This document shows positions 29,576-42,104 of a stretch of 64,000 nucleotides of DNA, piece after piece; the first letter of the stretch is position 1; every line of letters begins with the position of its first letter. This DNA is from Candidatus Danuiimicrobium aquiferis (lineage in GTDB: Bacteria; Omnitrophota; Omnitrophia; Omnitrophales; Danuiimicrobiaceae): the NCBI GenBank assembly GCA_001804285.1, contig MHFR01000053.1, positions 79,857 to 143,856 of the forward strand, written 5' to 3'. The position numbers and the translations under genes were made by a program. Under the pieces are notes generated by a model. That model worked only from the letters and a program-made list of their open reading frames with translations. It was not told where the DNA came from and ran no database searches.

Positions 29576-30504
29576 ACCTCGAGCATCCGTTCGATCGGCG
29601 TGATCGCCCGCTTTTGGATTTCGGCCGATACTCTGATTTCATATTTCATATTCTCAAGCGACCACACAAGACTTTCGAGTGTATTTTGCTTCATATAATT
29701 ACAAAACGCCGTATCCGTCGCGGGAATAAATATTTTATCGGGGTGATCTTTTCTCAATTTATGAAGGAGTCCCGTTTCGGTGGCGATAATAAATTCGCTC
29801 GCCGTCGACTGATCAACGTACTTAATCATTCCGGCCGTCGATAAAATTTGATCGGCATATTTCATCGATTTCGTCAGGCACCCGCATTCCGGATGCATCA
29901 GAATTTCTGCCTTGGGATATTTTTTCTTGAGTGCCTCTAATTCTTCCGGCTGGATCATGACGTGGATATGACAATATCCGTTCCAAATCGTCATGTTCTC
30001 GCGCCCTGTTCTGATTTTGACATACGTCCCCAAATAATAATCCGGTATAAACAGAATATCCTTATCCTTCGGAAGTTTCTCTACCAATTTGACCGCATTC
30101 GCGGACGTGCAGCAGTAATCGGACTCAGCTTTAACATCGGCGGTCGAATTGACATAGGCAACCACAAGCCCGTCCGGGTGCGATTTCCGCCACACACGGA
30201 CTTCTTCCGGGTGAACCATGCTCGAAAGCGAGCAACCGGCCTCGAGGGAAGGAATTAAAACTGTTTTATCCGGACAAAGAATACTGGCCGTCTCGGCCAT
30301 AAAAAGAACACCGGAAAAAAGAATAACTTTCGCTTTTACCTTTTTCGCCTGCTGCGAGAGCGCCAGCGAATCGCCGACGAAATCCGCAACGTCCTGAATC
30401 CCGCCCACTTGATAATTATGGGCAAGAATCACCGCATCACGTTCTTTCTTGAGCGCCTGGATTTCTTCTTGAATGCTCCTATATATTTTTTTCGCCATAA
30501 ACAT
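29563..30504 (-). CDS. nadA: Quinolinate synthase
   Basis: ILAHNYQ, GDSL, AYVNST, HPEC. Confidence 0.96.
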   Translation of the reverse strand: MFMAKKIYRSIQEEIQALKKERDAVILAHNYQVGGIQDVADFVGDSLALSQQAKKVKAKVILFSGVLFMAETASILCPDKTVLIPSLEAGCSLSSMVHPEEVRVWRKSHPDGLVVAYVNSTADVKAESDYCCTSANAVKLVEKLPKDKDILFIPDYYLGTYVKIRTGRENMTIWNGYCHIHVMIQPEELEALKKKYPKAEILMHPECGCLTKSMKYADQILSTAGMIKYVDQSTASEFIIATETGLLHKLRKDHPDKIFIPATDTAFCNYMKQNTLESLVWSLENMKYEIRVSAEIQKRAITPIERMLEVCGG

Positions 30505-30655
30505 TACCCCTTATGCCGTCATTGCGTACAACTTCACATTTTGTCATTCCCGAATGCTTCTATCGGGAATCTCCGCTCATACATCCCTGCTTCCATAGAA
30601 ATACAGGGCTTCAGCCCCTCGCCCCTGCCCTCTCCCCGAAAAAGGGGACAGGCAC

Positions 30656-32065
<1,410 letters not shown>

Positions 32066-32249
32066 TTAATTTCGGGACGGTTCAATCGTAACCTCATTGA
32101 TCGCAATGGGTTATGGAAAATCATCCCCGCATTTGAAGATGTTCCTTGTTTTGAAAGTGTACTAAATCGTGCGGAATCTGTCTATCTTTTCCTAATGTAT
32201 GTAGGAATTGAGGATCAAATTTTCTTCCCCCCTCTGTGGGGGAAGAATA

Positions 32250-32334
32250 GTATCTGTTTAGCGTTCTGAAGTGGCGAACACGCCAAGTTCGTGTCATGCC
32301 CGCATGCTTAAAGCGGGCATCCACAGTTTCTGGA
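32250..32334. mobile_element. Truncated copy of the MITE at 53590-53749
   Basis: 85 bp nearly identical to 53590-53674, then abuts a GGGGACAGG element. Confidence 0.8.
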
Positions 32335-32397
32335 AAAAGGGGACAGGTTCTGATCCTATTAAGTCAGAACCTGTCCCCTTTTTATATCGGGTTAGGG

Positions 32398-34050
32398 TTA
32401 GCTCGCTTTTACAAAACGCATCCGGTATTCTTCGTACCGCTTGGAATCAACATTGTCTTCAATTAGTTGTTTTGTAAACGAAAAAAAAGTGGGTTCGATT
32501 TCTTTTAAACTTTTTGCCAGATTTTTTTCAAGCAGCGCTTTTTCGGCTTTCACATCATATTCCGGCCCTTGTTTTCGAATTTCACGGATAAAATTAAGAA
32601 ATCGATCCCGATATTCGCTATGCAACAGAAAATAAATAAATACCCAGCTTTCCGCATACGTCAAATTGGCATACTTCGGATCAAGTTCATGGAGGCCGAT
32701 GCCCCGGTCAAAATTCATAATGTACTCAAGCGGAAGCAATTCACTCTTTTCAAGCTCATACTTGAGCTGAATCAAACGTTCTTCATGCGGATCTCCGATC
32801 GGATCCGTTTCGCAGTAAACGGCAAGTCCCTCAATGAGCCAGCCGCCTTGGTAAATTTCGAAAGGGGTAATTCCGAATAAATGGAATAGCTGATGAGCCC
32901 CTTCATGACGGATGACCTTCCCGGTCCGGTTCCGTGCTTCGCTCAAAATCCGGAGTTCAGTCTTCTCTGCCTGAGTAGCCGCGCGATCCACTTCGCCCAT
33001 TTGGCTCCCCGCTGTCAGATTTTTCATCATGCCGGCCATTTGCACCTGAAACCCTTTGTTTTGAGATAAAGCCGCCATAATATCCCGGTCCGTCTTTGCA
33101 TTATAAAACACAAGTTTTTTTGCCTTAAACTCATAAAAACCAATCGGGTTACTTCTAATATGAATGTTCAGCTCGGTCAGCATATCGTCAAATTCTTTAC
33201 GGGTACCGAAAATAATAACATCCAGCGCCTCCGGCTGTTTTGTCAAGTCAATCAGGTCAAAAAAATTGCGGACGAAATCCTGATAAAATAAATCCAGGGA
33301 TTTTAAATATAATTTGAGTTCAACCGGATCTTTTTCAGACGCGAGAATCTGATAAAGCCCTTTGTGCCTGAACTCAAAACCCGGGTGACTTTCCTGGAAA
33401 ACTTTTAAACTTTCCCGAATCTCAGAAGCCGGCTTCCACAGAAAAAATTTTTCGATCCGGTCCATATCCAGCGTCAGAACCACCGAACCGCCTTCTTCAA
33501 GCTTTTGACGAACCTCAATTGAATCTCCCTCTTTTTTCACGATATGCCCGCCGATTTTTTCTCCGTTCTTCAAAACCAAAACCTGTTCCGCGCCCGTCGG
33601 CCAATCGTCGTCAGCTTCCTTTTCACGATTGGGGAGATAAATTCCGCTTTTCTCGGCGACAACGTTTCCCTGCAAAATATTCCTCTCGATATCTTGAATC
33701 TCAGATTTTGAAAAGCCGACAATTCCGTCTTTTAATTGCATCCTGATTTTTCCCCGATACTCCTCAACAAGTTTCCCCTCAACGATTCCTCCATTTTTGA
33801 GTGTCAGCCTGTCTACAACGAGCGGGGTGACTGGAACCGGAGATGTTGGTGTTTCGGCGGTAACTGTTTTGGGTGCACTTTTCTGTAAGTTTTTATTTAG
33901 AAATGGAATCCGGTCGCAACCGGAAAGGGTAAAGAGCACAAAGGTGCACAAGAGCACAAGTCGGAAAAAGGGGACAGGTTCTGACTTAACGGAATCAGAA
34001 CCTGTCCCCTTTTTCCGCAGTATATCGTATGCCGTGTTACTCATTTGCAT
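32398..34050 (-). CDS. Lipoprotein with DUF1570-like HExxH metallopeptidase domain
   Basis: Lipobox LSGC; HEGAHQL...WLIEGLAVYCE...YAESW; start moved to ATG 34050 after AAAGGGA. Confidence 0.75.
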   Translation of the reverse strand: MQMSNTAYDILRKKGTGSDSVKSEPVPFFRLVLLCTFVLFTLSGCDRIPFLNKNLQKSAPKTVTAETPTSPVPVTPLVVDRLTLKNGGIVEGKLVEEYRGKIRMQLKDGIVGFSKSEIQDIERNILQGNVVAEKSGIYLPNREKEADDDWPTGAEQVLVLKNGEKIGGHIVKKEGDSIEVRQKLEEGGSVVLTLDMDRIEKFFLWKPASEIRESLKVFQESHPGFEFRHKGLYQILASEKDPVELKLYLKSLDLFYQDFVRNFFDLIDLTKQPEALDVIIFGTRKEFDDMLTELNIHIRSNPIGFYEFKAKKLVFYNAKTDRDIMAALSQNKGFQVQMAGMMKNLTAGSQMGEVDRAATQAEKTELRILSEARNRTGKVIRHEGAHQLFHLFGITPFEIYQGGWLIEGLAVYCETDPIGDPHEERLIQLKYELEKSELLPLEYIMNFDRGIGLHELDPKYANLTYAESWVFIYFLLHSEYRDRFLNFIREIRKQGPEYDVKAEKALLEKNLAKSLKEIEPTFFSFTKQLIEDNVDSKRYEEYRMRFVKAS

Positions 34051-34290
34051 ATTCCCTTTTTTTTGCCGCCTTTGTTCCCAACACCATGTCATTCCCGCAT
34101 GCTTTCCCTCGGTAAATCGAGGGCCGGCCCTGTATTTCCAGGGAGGCGGGAATCTCTATTTATAAATCCCCGCCAAGAACATGCAGGGATCTCCGCCACA
34201 AATCATTGGCGGATCCGTCCGCGCTGTATGGCGGAAAATTCGCGCATTCAACTTACGTTCCATAAGTTGAGCGCTCATTTGACTTTTTCA

Positions 34291-34395
34291 TCATCCTTTA
34301 ATCACACCGATTGGCCGCATCCGGACGACACGTTTTGCAATACCGGCCTCATTTACAACTTCGACCACATCGCTGACATCTTTATAGGCCAGCAT
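34291..34395 (-). pseudogene. rtcB: C-terminal remnant of RNA ligase RtcB (34 aa)
   Basis: [34 protein letters not shown]; upstream sequence is unrelated. Confidence 0.8.
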
Positions 34396-34672
34396 TTTGA
34401 TTCAGATCAAATTGACTTGAATTAAATCTTACCATAGCCGAATCGTTGACTCATAATAGACCTTGCCGAAACCCGGAGGGAGTTTTACATGCGTCCAACT
34501 TCAAAAAATACAGTAATGCCTTAATTAAGTATTGTGTCCCAAGTATCATACATTACACAACTAATGACTGATAAGATTTCTCTTTCAATGCTATCGGTAG
34601 AATAATAGAATGTGAATTGTAAATTAAAAGATTGCTTTAATATCCCATAAAGAAAATTAGCCTTAGGAATCA

Positions 34673-36463
34673 ATGCAAAGAAAATTCTTTTCGGTTTTAA
34701 AGCGCCTGAATCATTTTGCAAAACAGATGGATTTAAAGATCTGGGCCTTTACCTTGCCTGCGCTTTTTGCCTTGGGCGCCGCTTTCTTCGAAGGGGCTAG
34801 TTTCGGCTTGATGGTTCCTCTGATCAATGGCATCATCCAAAGAAATTTCAGCTCTATCACTGACAATCAGTTTTTTGTTTTCATTTTTTCCAGGTTTTCA
34901 TCGATTACCAATAATCCAAACCTGTCTATATTTATATCGCTTGTCGGCTTAATCTTCATTTCCGCGCTAATCAAAAACCTACTGCAATACGGATCAACGA
35001 GAAGCATCAATCATCAGGTCAGAAAATTTGCTAATGCACTACGAAAAGCCTTGTTTGACACTTACTTATCCCTCGGCAAGCCTTTCTTTGACAAAAACGA
35101 TTCCGGTTATCTTAACAACGTATTAATGGATTTTACAAACTCCATTTCTTATCAAATCATTAACCTGAATCAGATGCTAATCAGTTTTTTCATGATTATC
35201 ATTTATCTCGTACTCATGCTGAAAATTTCTTACGAAATCACTCTTTTGACAATTGCCATTTTCCCCGCAATGTATTTTTCGTCAAACTGGCTTACAGAAA
35301 AAATCAAACGGACATCAAATGAATACGCACAAAAAAGAAGCGCCTTAAGCAAAAAAACTCAAAACATTCTTTCCTGTATCCCTCTCGTTTATTTTTACTC
35401 GCAGGAAGAAGCGGAAAAAAAGAAATTTGCCAAAATCAGCGATGAAACTCAAACGCTGGAATCAAGCATGGACAACAAATACTCTCTCATTCCTTCTCTT
35501 CAGGAAATCGTTTCTCTTTTGTTTTTACTTATCCTAATTTCTGTCATGGCTCTTATGTTGAAAAATTTCCAACATAAAGCCATCGGAAGCTTCCTGGTTT
35601 TCTTTTTAATCCTACGGCGCGCCACGATATCTTTCACAACCTTAAATGCCATCAAAGCACAAATCGCAACAATCAGCGGACATTTGAATAGCGTGCTCGC
35701 AATTCTGGATCAAAAAGGAAAGGCTTTTATTACTGGAGGCTCTAAAAAATTTGACGGCCTCAAAGAAAACATTGAATTCTGCCAATTGAATTTTGCTTAC
35801 CAAAAAGAAAATCCAATCCTCCAAAATATTAACTTTGTTATCGAAAAAGGAAAAAGGACAGCAATCGTTGGCCCGACCGGTTCCGGGAAAACAACTCTTA
35901 TAAATTTACTTCTCCGTTTTTACGATACCCCTCAGGGCTCACTAAAAATCGATGGCACAGATATTCGAGAATTCACATTAAAATCGCTGCGTTCAAGAAT
36001 GGCATTAGTCAGCCAAGACATATGGCTTCTAAACGATACCATCGAAGCAAACATAACCTACGGCCTTACGGATATTTCTGACGAACAAATCATTGAAACA
36101 TCAAAGAAAGCGCGGATTTACGACTTCATCGTGCAGTTACCAAATCAATTCGAAACCATTGTGGGAGACCGGGGAGTCACGCTATCCGGAGGAGAAAAAC
36201 AAAGACTTTCGATTGCTCGTGCTATTCTCAAGAACGCAGAGATCTTAATTCTTGATGAAGCCACAAGTGCCCTTGATTCCACCACGGAAAATTTAATTCA
36301 AGAAGCGCTGCGTGAATTAACAAAAGACAAAACTTGCATTGTTATCGCTCACCGTTTATCAACCATCAAAAATTCCGACAAAATAGTCATTATTGAAAAT
36401 GGGGAAGTAATTGAGCAAGGAACTTTTGTTCAATTACTTAAATTAAACGGCTTTTTTTCTTAG
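34673..36463 (+). CDS. MsbA/PglK-like ABC transporter (possible glycan flippase)
   Basis: TM domain, GPTGSGKT, LSGGEKQR, ILDEATSALD. Confidence 0.9.
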   Translation: MQRKFFSVLKRLNHFAKQMDLKIWAFTLPALFALGAAFFEGASFGLMVPLINGIIQRNFSSITDNQFFVFIFSRFSSITNNPNLSIFISLVGLIFISALIKNLLQYGSTRSINHQVRKFANALRKALFDTYLSLGKPFFDKNDSGYLNNVLMDFTNSISYQIINLNQMLISFFMIIIYLVLMLKISYEITLLTIAIFPAMYFSSNWLTEKIKRTSNEYAQKRSALSKKTQNILSCIPLVYFYSQEEAEKKKFAKISDETQTLESSMDNKYSLIPSLQEIVSLLFLLILISVMALMLKNFQHKAIGSFLVFFLILRRATISFTTLNAIKAQIATISGHLNSVLAILDQKGKAFITGGSKKFDGLKENIEFCQLNFAYQKENPILQNINFVIEKGKRTAIVGPTGSGKTTLINLLLRFYDTPQGSLKIDGTDIREFTLKSLRSRMALVSQDIWLLNDTIEANITYGLTDISDEQIIETSKKARIYDFIVQLPNQFETIVGDRGVTLSGGEKQRLSIARAILKNAEILILDEATSALDSTTENLIQEALRELTKDKTCIVIAHRLSTIKNSDKIVIIENGEVIEQGTFVQLLKLNGFFS

Positions 36464-36524
36464 CAATGGCATTCCGAAGAAAATTATAACTTTGAATAGA
36501 CTCTCTCCATGAAAAGGAATTCTT

Positions 36525-37652
36525 TTGAAAAAAGCGTTGATTATTTCATTCAATTATGAAGAAATGGCAAGAGACCCAAGGGTCCTCCGACAAATTGAGT
36601 GCTGCAAAAATCACTTTGCTCTTACGGCTATCGGGATAGAAGACCCTAAGCTTAGTTTTCTCCGGTTCATTAGATTGCTGCCTCCTGAAAGAACCCTCTT
36701 GAAGAAAATTGTTTGGAAATTTCGAGCATATGAACAACAACTGTGGTGGAAATATGGGTTTCAAAAAGCTTATGATATTTTGCGTAGCGAAGAGTTCGAT
36801 TTGATCATCGCAAACGAAATTGAAAGCTTGCCACTATCTTTCGCTTTAAGAAAAAAAGCAAAAATAATCTTCGATGCCCACGAATATTATCCAAAAGAAT
36901 TTGAAGAGTCTTTTCTTTGGCGATTCTTTTGCCGAGAATATTATGAACATCTATGCAGAACTTATATCCCGCTGGTTGATAGCATGACAACGATTTGTAA
37001 AAGCATTGCTGATTCTTACCAAATAAATTATAAGAAATCGTGTGAGATAATTATGAATACTGCAAAATTTCATGAACTTAAGCCGTCGGCCATCGACATT
37101 AGCAACATTAAACTTATTCACCATGGGGCCGCAATCAAATCACGCCATATTGAAACCATGATTTATATGCAAGATTACCTTGATGACAAGTATCATCTCT
37201 ATCTTATGTTAGTAGGGCCCAAGAAGAGCTATTATAATTATCTGCAACATATAGCTAGCAAACGACGGAACGTTCATTTTCTTGATCCTGTTGGGATCGA
37301 ACAAATTATTCCAACATTGAATCAATTTGATGTGGGCCTATACTTATTGCCAGATCACAACTTTAATCATAAACATGCTTTGCCAAACAAGTTTTTTGAA
37401 TTCGTTCAAGCCAGAATAGCTATAGCGATAGGTCCTTCTTTGGAAATGGCTGCATTGGTTCGTGAATACGATTTAGGAATTATCGCAAAAGATTTTTCAC
37501 CGCAAGCAATGGCAAATGAGATAAAAACCTTGAATCAAAAACGAATTGAATATTACAAAAAGCAATCTAATCTAGCAGCACAGTCTTTAAATGACACACA
37601 AAATATAAAAAAACTCCATTCGCTAATCAAATTGATTTTAGAAAATAAATGA
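36525..37652 (+). CDS. GT4-like glycosyltransferase
   Basis: DPRV, FDAHEYY, LPNKFFEF. Confidence 0.85.
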   Translation: MKKALIISFNYEEMARDPRVLRQIECCKNHFALTAIGIEDPKLSFLRFIRLLPPERTLLKKIVWKFRAYEQQLWWKYGFQKAYDILRSEEFDLIIANEIESLPLSFALRKKAKIIFDAHEYYPKEFEESFLWRFFCREYYEHLCRTYIPLVDSMTTICKSIADSYQINYKKSCEIIMNTAKFHELKPSAIDISNIKLIHHGAAIKSRHIETMIYMQDYLDDKYHLYLMLVGPKKSYYNYLQHIASKRRNVHFLDPVGIEQIIPTLNQFDVGLYLLPDHNFNHKHALPNKFFEFVQARIAIAIGPSLEMAALVREYDLGIIAKDFSPQAMANEIKTLNQKRIEYYKKQSNLAAQSLNDTQNIKKLHSLIKLILENK

Positions 37653-37708
37653 TTTCCAATTGGCATTAAGTATAACTGTTAAATTTAACGATAAAATATT
37701 TTAGAATT

Positions 37709-39673
37709 ATGTGCGGCATTGCAGGAATAATAGCATTGAAAGAAAAGACATTACCACCCTCTTTCATCATCTCCATGACGAATACATTAAAAAACAGGGG
37801 ACCAGACGATGAGGGATTCCTCGCGGTAAATTTCAGAGAAAAAACATCGTATTCTTTGGCCGGCGATGATACCAAAATTTCATTACCCCATATCAGTAAA
37901 CTCCAAAAGGAGGCTACTTTGTATTTTGGTCATCGAAGGCTTTCAATCATTGATCTCTCCGTAGCGGGACATCAACCAATGTCAAGCAGAGATGGTTCTC
38001 TTTGGATTATTTATAATGGTGAAATTTATAACTATTGTGAATTGAGAGATGAACTAATCCAATTGGGGTATGGATTTAAGAGCGCAACAGACACCGAAGT
38101 TGTCCTGGCCGCTTATGAGTTTTGGGGGAAAGATTGTGTTAATAAATTCAACGGCATGTGGTCTTTTGTAATTTATGATTCCAATAAAAGCATTCTGTTT
38201 GGTTCTCGCGATCGTTTTGGGGTGAAACCGTTTTATTATTATTTTGATAATACTCTATTTGTGTTTGCGTCTGAAATAAAAGCTATTTTACAAATTCCTA
38301 CCATTAAAAAACAAGCCAATGATAAAGCTATCTTTGATTACTTGGTCCTGCAGTTGGACGATCCCGCGGAAGAATCTATGTTTAAGAATATTTTTGAATT
38401 GCTCCCTTCTCATTGTTTCGAATTTAGCTTAAACGACAAACAATTAAAGATATGGAAATATTATGATTTGTCTTGGAATCATAAATGGGAAAATGTCAAC
38501 CAACCACAAATGGAAGAATACGTACAAAATATCGGCTCCTTAATAAAAAACGCTGTTCAATTGAGACTACAATCTGATGTGCCTGTCGGAACATGTTTAA
38601 GTGGAGGAATCGACAGCTCAAGTATTGTTTCTGTTATTAATAAGTTTCGTTTAGACGGGAAAGCTCCGTCTATCGGCCTTGTTCAGAAAACTTTTACTGC
38701 TTGTTATGAAAATCTAGAAATCGATGAACGTAAGTGGGCCCAAATTATAATTCAAAAATCCAATACCTCATGGCATAGGGTTTTCCCTGACGCTAAAAGC
38801 TTGTTACACGATTTAGAAGATATGATTTACACCCAAGATGTGCCTTTTGGATCAACCAGCATTTACGCGCAATATCGCGTAATGAAACTTGCCAAAGAAA
38901 ATGGAATAAAGGTTTTGCTTGATGGACAAGGCGGAGATGAGCTTTTCGCCGGATACACTGCATATTATCGCATTTTCTTTGCGGAAATAATCGCGCAATC
39001 AGACTTCCACCGATTAATTACGGAGATGAGCAACTTAAAAAACTCCCCCATAAAACCAATCTCATTATTAAGTTCGCTTTTTCGCATGTATGCTTCAAAA
39101 ATCTTCCCCAATTGTGGAAGAAAAACCCTCTTTCATCAAAATGTTCTTCGGGGGATACAACCAACATTTTTCAAGAAACATAATGAACGATTAAATACAT
39201 TAAAAGAGTTCCTTTCCGCATCCCTCAATCAAAACTTGGCTAAATTAATGTTTAGCGCTTCTCTTAAACAATTATTACGATACGAAGATCGGAACTCCAT
39301 GCGCTTTTCAATTGAAGCTCGAACACCATTTGCCGATGATGTCAATTTAATTGAATATGTATTTAATGTTCCTTCTAGTTATAAAATCTATAATGGTTGG
39401 AGCAAGTATCTATTGAGAATGGCCATGGCAGGCTTTTTGCCAGAAGAAATTCGTTGGCGCAAAGATAAAATAGGCTTTGCAACGCCGGAACATAATTGGC
39501 TTTATTCCATCAAAAACGAACTTAGCTATTACATCACGGATAACCTTAATGACTACATTGATACGAAAACTATTCTTTCAAATTGGGATCGTATTTTAGA
39601 TCAGCAGAAAAGTTGCGATATTACATGGCGAATCATTAACCTGGCGATATGGAAAAAAATCTGGAATATTTAA
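37709..39673 (+). CDS. asnB: Asparagine synthetase B-family amidotransferase (probably glycan-related)
   Basis: MCGIAG, RGPD, HRRLSIID, LSGGIDSS, DGQGGDELFAGY. Confidence 0.93.
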   Translation: MCGIAGIIALKEKTLPPSFIISMTNTLKNRGPDDEGFLAVNFREKTSYSLAGDDTKISLPHISKLQKEATLYFGHRRLSIIDLSVAGHQPMSSRDGSLWIIYNGEIYNYCELRDELIQLGYGFKSATDTEVVLAAYEFWGKDCVNKFNGMWSFVIYDSNKSILFGSRDRFGVKPFYYYFDNTLFVFASEIKAILQIPTIKKQANDKAIFDYLVLQLDDPAEESMFKNIFELLPSHCFEFSLNDKQLKIWKYYDLSWNHKWENVNQPQMEEYVQNIGSLIKNAVQLRLQSDVPVGTCLSGGIDSSSIVSVINKFRLDGKAPSIGLVQKTFTACYENLEIDERKWAQIIIQKSNTSWHRVFPDAKSLLHDLEDMIYTQDVPFGSTSIYAQYRVMKLAKENGIKVLLDGQGGDELFAGYTAYYRIFFAEIIAQSDFHRLITEMSNLKNSPIKPISLLSSLFRMYASKIFPNCGRKTLFHQNVLRGIQPTFFKKHNERLNTLKEFLSASLNQNLAKLMFSASLKQLLRYEDRNSMRFSIEARTPFADDVNLIEYVFNVPSSYKIYNGWSKYLLRMAMAGFLPEEIRWRKDKIGFATPEHNWLYSIKNELSYYITDNLNDYIDTKTILSNWDRILDQQKSCDITWRIINLAIWKKIWNI

Positions 39674-39742
39674 TTTTGGTTTGGTGAAACAAATTGGCTT
39701 GTTCTAAAGCATTTTTTTTGTATTAATTAAAAGGAAAACACC

Positions 39743-41134
39743 ATGAAAACAATATTAATGATTTGTCATGCCTATCCTCCCGTCCCTGGGGTAGGCTCTC
39801 TTCGCAACCTTGGATTTAGCAGACATTTACCGTCATTCGGTTGGCAACCGACAGTTTTAACGACTCAAGTTCCTCCCACGCAAACGCTCGAAGAACAGGC
39901 CTTACTTAATTTTATCCCGGAAACAATAAAAATAATTCGTACGCCGAATGGATTCCAACTAAATCCCAAGAATGTAATTATTAAAATTTTGTATTTTCTG
40001 GGCATCATTTCGAAAGACAATGCTTCACAAATCGCATCCGGACATTCAATTTATTCTGGTTTGCCATCGTTCTTGAGTCGGACGATTCCTTTATTCCGTC
40101 TGATTTTCTGGCCTGAAGGAGAAACGATTTGGACTTTTACTACTCTCCTAAAAGCACTTTCTATCGTAAAAGATTTTGACTGCATTTACTCAAGCTCTCC
40201 TCCGGCTGCATGCCATGTTGTAGCTTCCTTGTTAAAAAAAATCACAAAAAAACCTTGGATCGCTGATATGCGAGATCCTTTAGTAAAACATCACTATTAC
40301 TCTACTGATCTTTCAAGTCCCATCAATGACGCTTATAAATCTATTCGCCGCTTTTACAAAGCGCAACATGCCGCAATAGAACGGGATATTGTCACCCATG
40401 CAGATAAAGTCATTGTGGTATCTCCTGAGTTTAAAGACATGCTGTCCACGTCTTACCCGGAGGTGCCCCCCGATAAATTCATTTCTATTACAAACGGATA
40501 TGACGAAGATATCGTCTCCCATCTAAAGAATACTTTCTTAAAGCAATATCCCAATAATCAATTAAGCAAACTCAAAATAACATTAACAGGAACTATTTAT
40601 GCCCCACACTCGTATTTACCCTTATTAAGAACCATTAAAGCAATGAAAAACAGTCAAACAATCACCACCACAAACTTTGAGCTAAAATTTGTAGGCCACG
40701 ATTTTGCGAATCTACATCAAATCATAAGGAATGATGGAATTGATGATGTCATAAAGATCGTTCCGAGAGTTTCTTTTGCTAAGGCTTACGAATTTATGTT
40801 CGAAGCAGATATTTTGCTTGTTGTCGTTGAAAAACAGCTTACCAATGTTTATTTTCATGCAAAATTATTTCCTTATATGATTATCGGAAAACCTATACTT
40901 TGCTTATCAGCCGGAAACAATCCGGTTACCGAAATTATCAAATCGTGCCGATTAGGAAACGTTGTCCCCTGCGATAATGAACTTGCTATCCAAAGTACAA
41001 TTGCTCAATATATCGATAAGTTTTCATCGGGGCGGCTTGAAAAAATATCGCCAACGAGTCAAATTATGAACTTTGATAGAAAAACTCTTACTAAGAATCT
41101 CGCCGAATTGCTCGACGACGAGTCAATTCTTTAG
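39743..41134 (+). CDS. GT4-like glycosyltransferase
   Basis: YPP..G, SSSPP, DMRDP, ITNGYD, KLFPYM. Confidence 0.88.
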   Translation: MKTILMICHAYPPVPGVGSLRNLGFSRHLPSFGWQPTVLTTQVPPTQTLEEQALLNFIPETIKIIRTPNGFQLNPKNVIIKILYFLGIISKDNASQIASGHSIYSGLPSFLSRTIPLFRLIFWPEGETIWTFTTLLKALSIVKDFDCIYSSSPPAACHVVASLLKKITKKPWIADMRDPLVKHHYYSTDLSSPINDAYKSIRRFYKAQHAAIERDIVTHADKVIVVSPEFKDMLSTSYPEVPPDKFISITNGYDEDIVSHLKNTFLKQYPNNQLSKLKITLTGTIYAPHSYLPLLRTIKAMKNSQTITTTNFELKFVGHDFANLHQIIRNDGIDDVIKIVPRVSFAKAYEFMFEADILLVVVEKQLTNVYFHAKLFPYMIIGKPILCLSAGNNPVTEIIKSCRLGNVVPCDNELAIQSTIAQYIDKFSSGRLEKISPTSQIMNFDRKTLTKNLAELLDDESIL

Positions 41135-41139
41135 GCAAC

Positions 41140-42060
41140 ATGGGCCAAAAAATGATTATTTCTGCGATTATTTGCACCCATAACCGAAGCGATTATCTTT
41201 CACGATCAATTAATAGTTTAGTTCATCAGTCGTATCCGGCTTCTGATTATGAAATACTGGTCATCGATAATCATTCCTCTGATGACACAAAAAAGATCGT
41301 TACCCATGGATTTCAGCATGTTAAGAATTTACGTTATATTTATGAGGGAGCTATCGGCCTTTCACACGCGAGAAATACCGGATGGAAAGAAGCAAACGGT
41401 AAATATGTCGCATATCTTGACGATGATGCAATCGTGGAAAAAGATTGGCTTGAAAAAATTGTCAGTGCGTTTGAAACCATCAAGCCGATGCCTGGATGTG
41501 TTGGCGGCAAAACCGAACCCATTTTTGAAACGCCTCGCCCTCGTTGGTTAACAAACACTCTCTTGCCTTATCTTTCTATCATTAATTGGTCAAACACACC
41601 AATCATCCTTAGTTGCGGCCAATGGCTCATCGGAACAAATATGGCATTCCCGAAAAAACTTTTAGCAGATATGAATGGCTTCCCGTTAAATCTGGGAAGG
41701 ATTGGCAACAAACTTTTATCGGGAGAAGAACGGCTACTTCAGTTACATCTGCAAGCCCAAGGAATGACTTCTTATTATGACCCAAGAATTTCCGTAAGCC
41801 ACCATATTCCCATTTCAAGGTTAACTCGATCTTGGTTCGTATCACGATCGTTTTGGAGCGGCGTTTCAAAATCTGTGATTATAGAAAATCTAAGCGTATG
41901 TTCTAAAATCCCGATAAAAAATTTAAAAGGGTCTTCTCTAATAAAACCATTTCGGCAAAGGTTGGGAGCACTCAAAGAACTACTTAGCCCATTTACCGTA
42001 TTGTGTTATCTCGCAAGTCTTATGGGGCGAATATCGGCTCAACTCAAAATTGTCAAATAG
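41140..42060 (+). CDS. GT2 glycosyltransferase
   Basis: ICTHNR, IDNHSSD, GLSHARN, YLDDD. Confidence 0.92.
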   Translation: MGQKMIISAIICTHNRSDYLSRSINSLVHQSYPASDYEILVIDNHSSDDTKKIVTHGFQHVKNLRYIYEGAIGLSHARNTGWKEANGKYVAYLDDDAIVEKDWLEKIVSAFETIKPMPGCVGGKTEPIFETPRPRWLTNTLLPYLSIINWSNTPIILSCGQWLIGTNMAFPKKLLADMNGFPLNLGRIGNKLLSGEERLLQLHLQAQGMTSYYDPRISVSHHIPISRLTRSWFVSRSFWSGVSKSVIIENLSVCSKIPIKNLKGSSLIKPFRQRLGALKELLSPFTVLCYLASLMGRISAQLKIVK

Positions 42061-42104
42061 CTATACCCTTTTCCTCTATCCTCTCAATATTTGCTGCAAG
42101 TTTT

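Noticed and set aside
32121-32324. 67-aa ORF resembling the N-terminus of 53077-53808
   Set aside because: The similarity is just the shared MITE.
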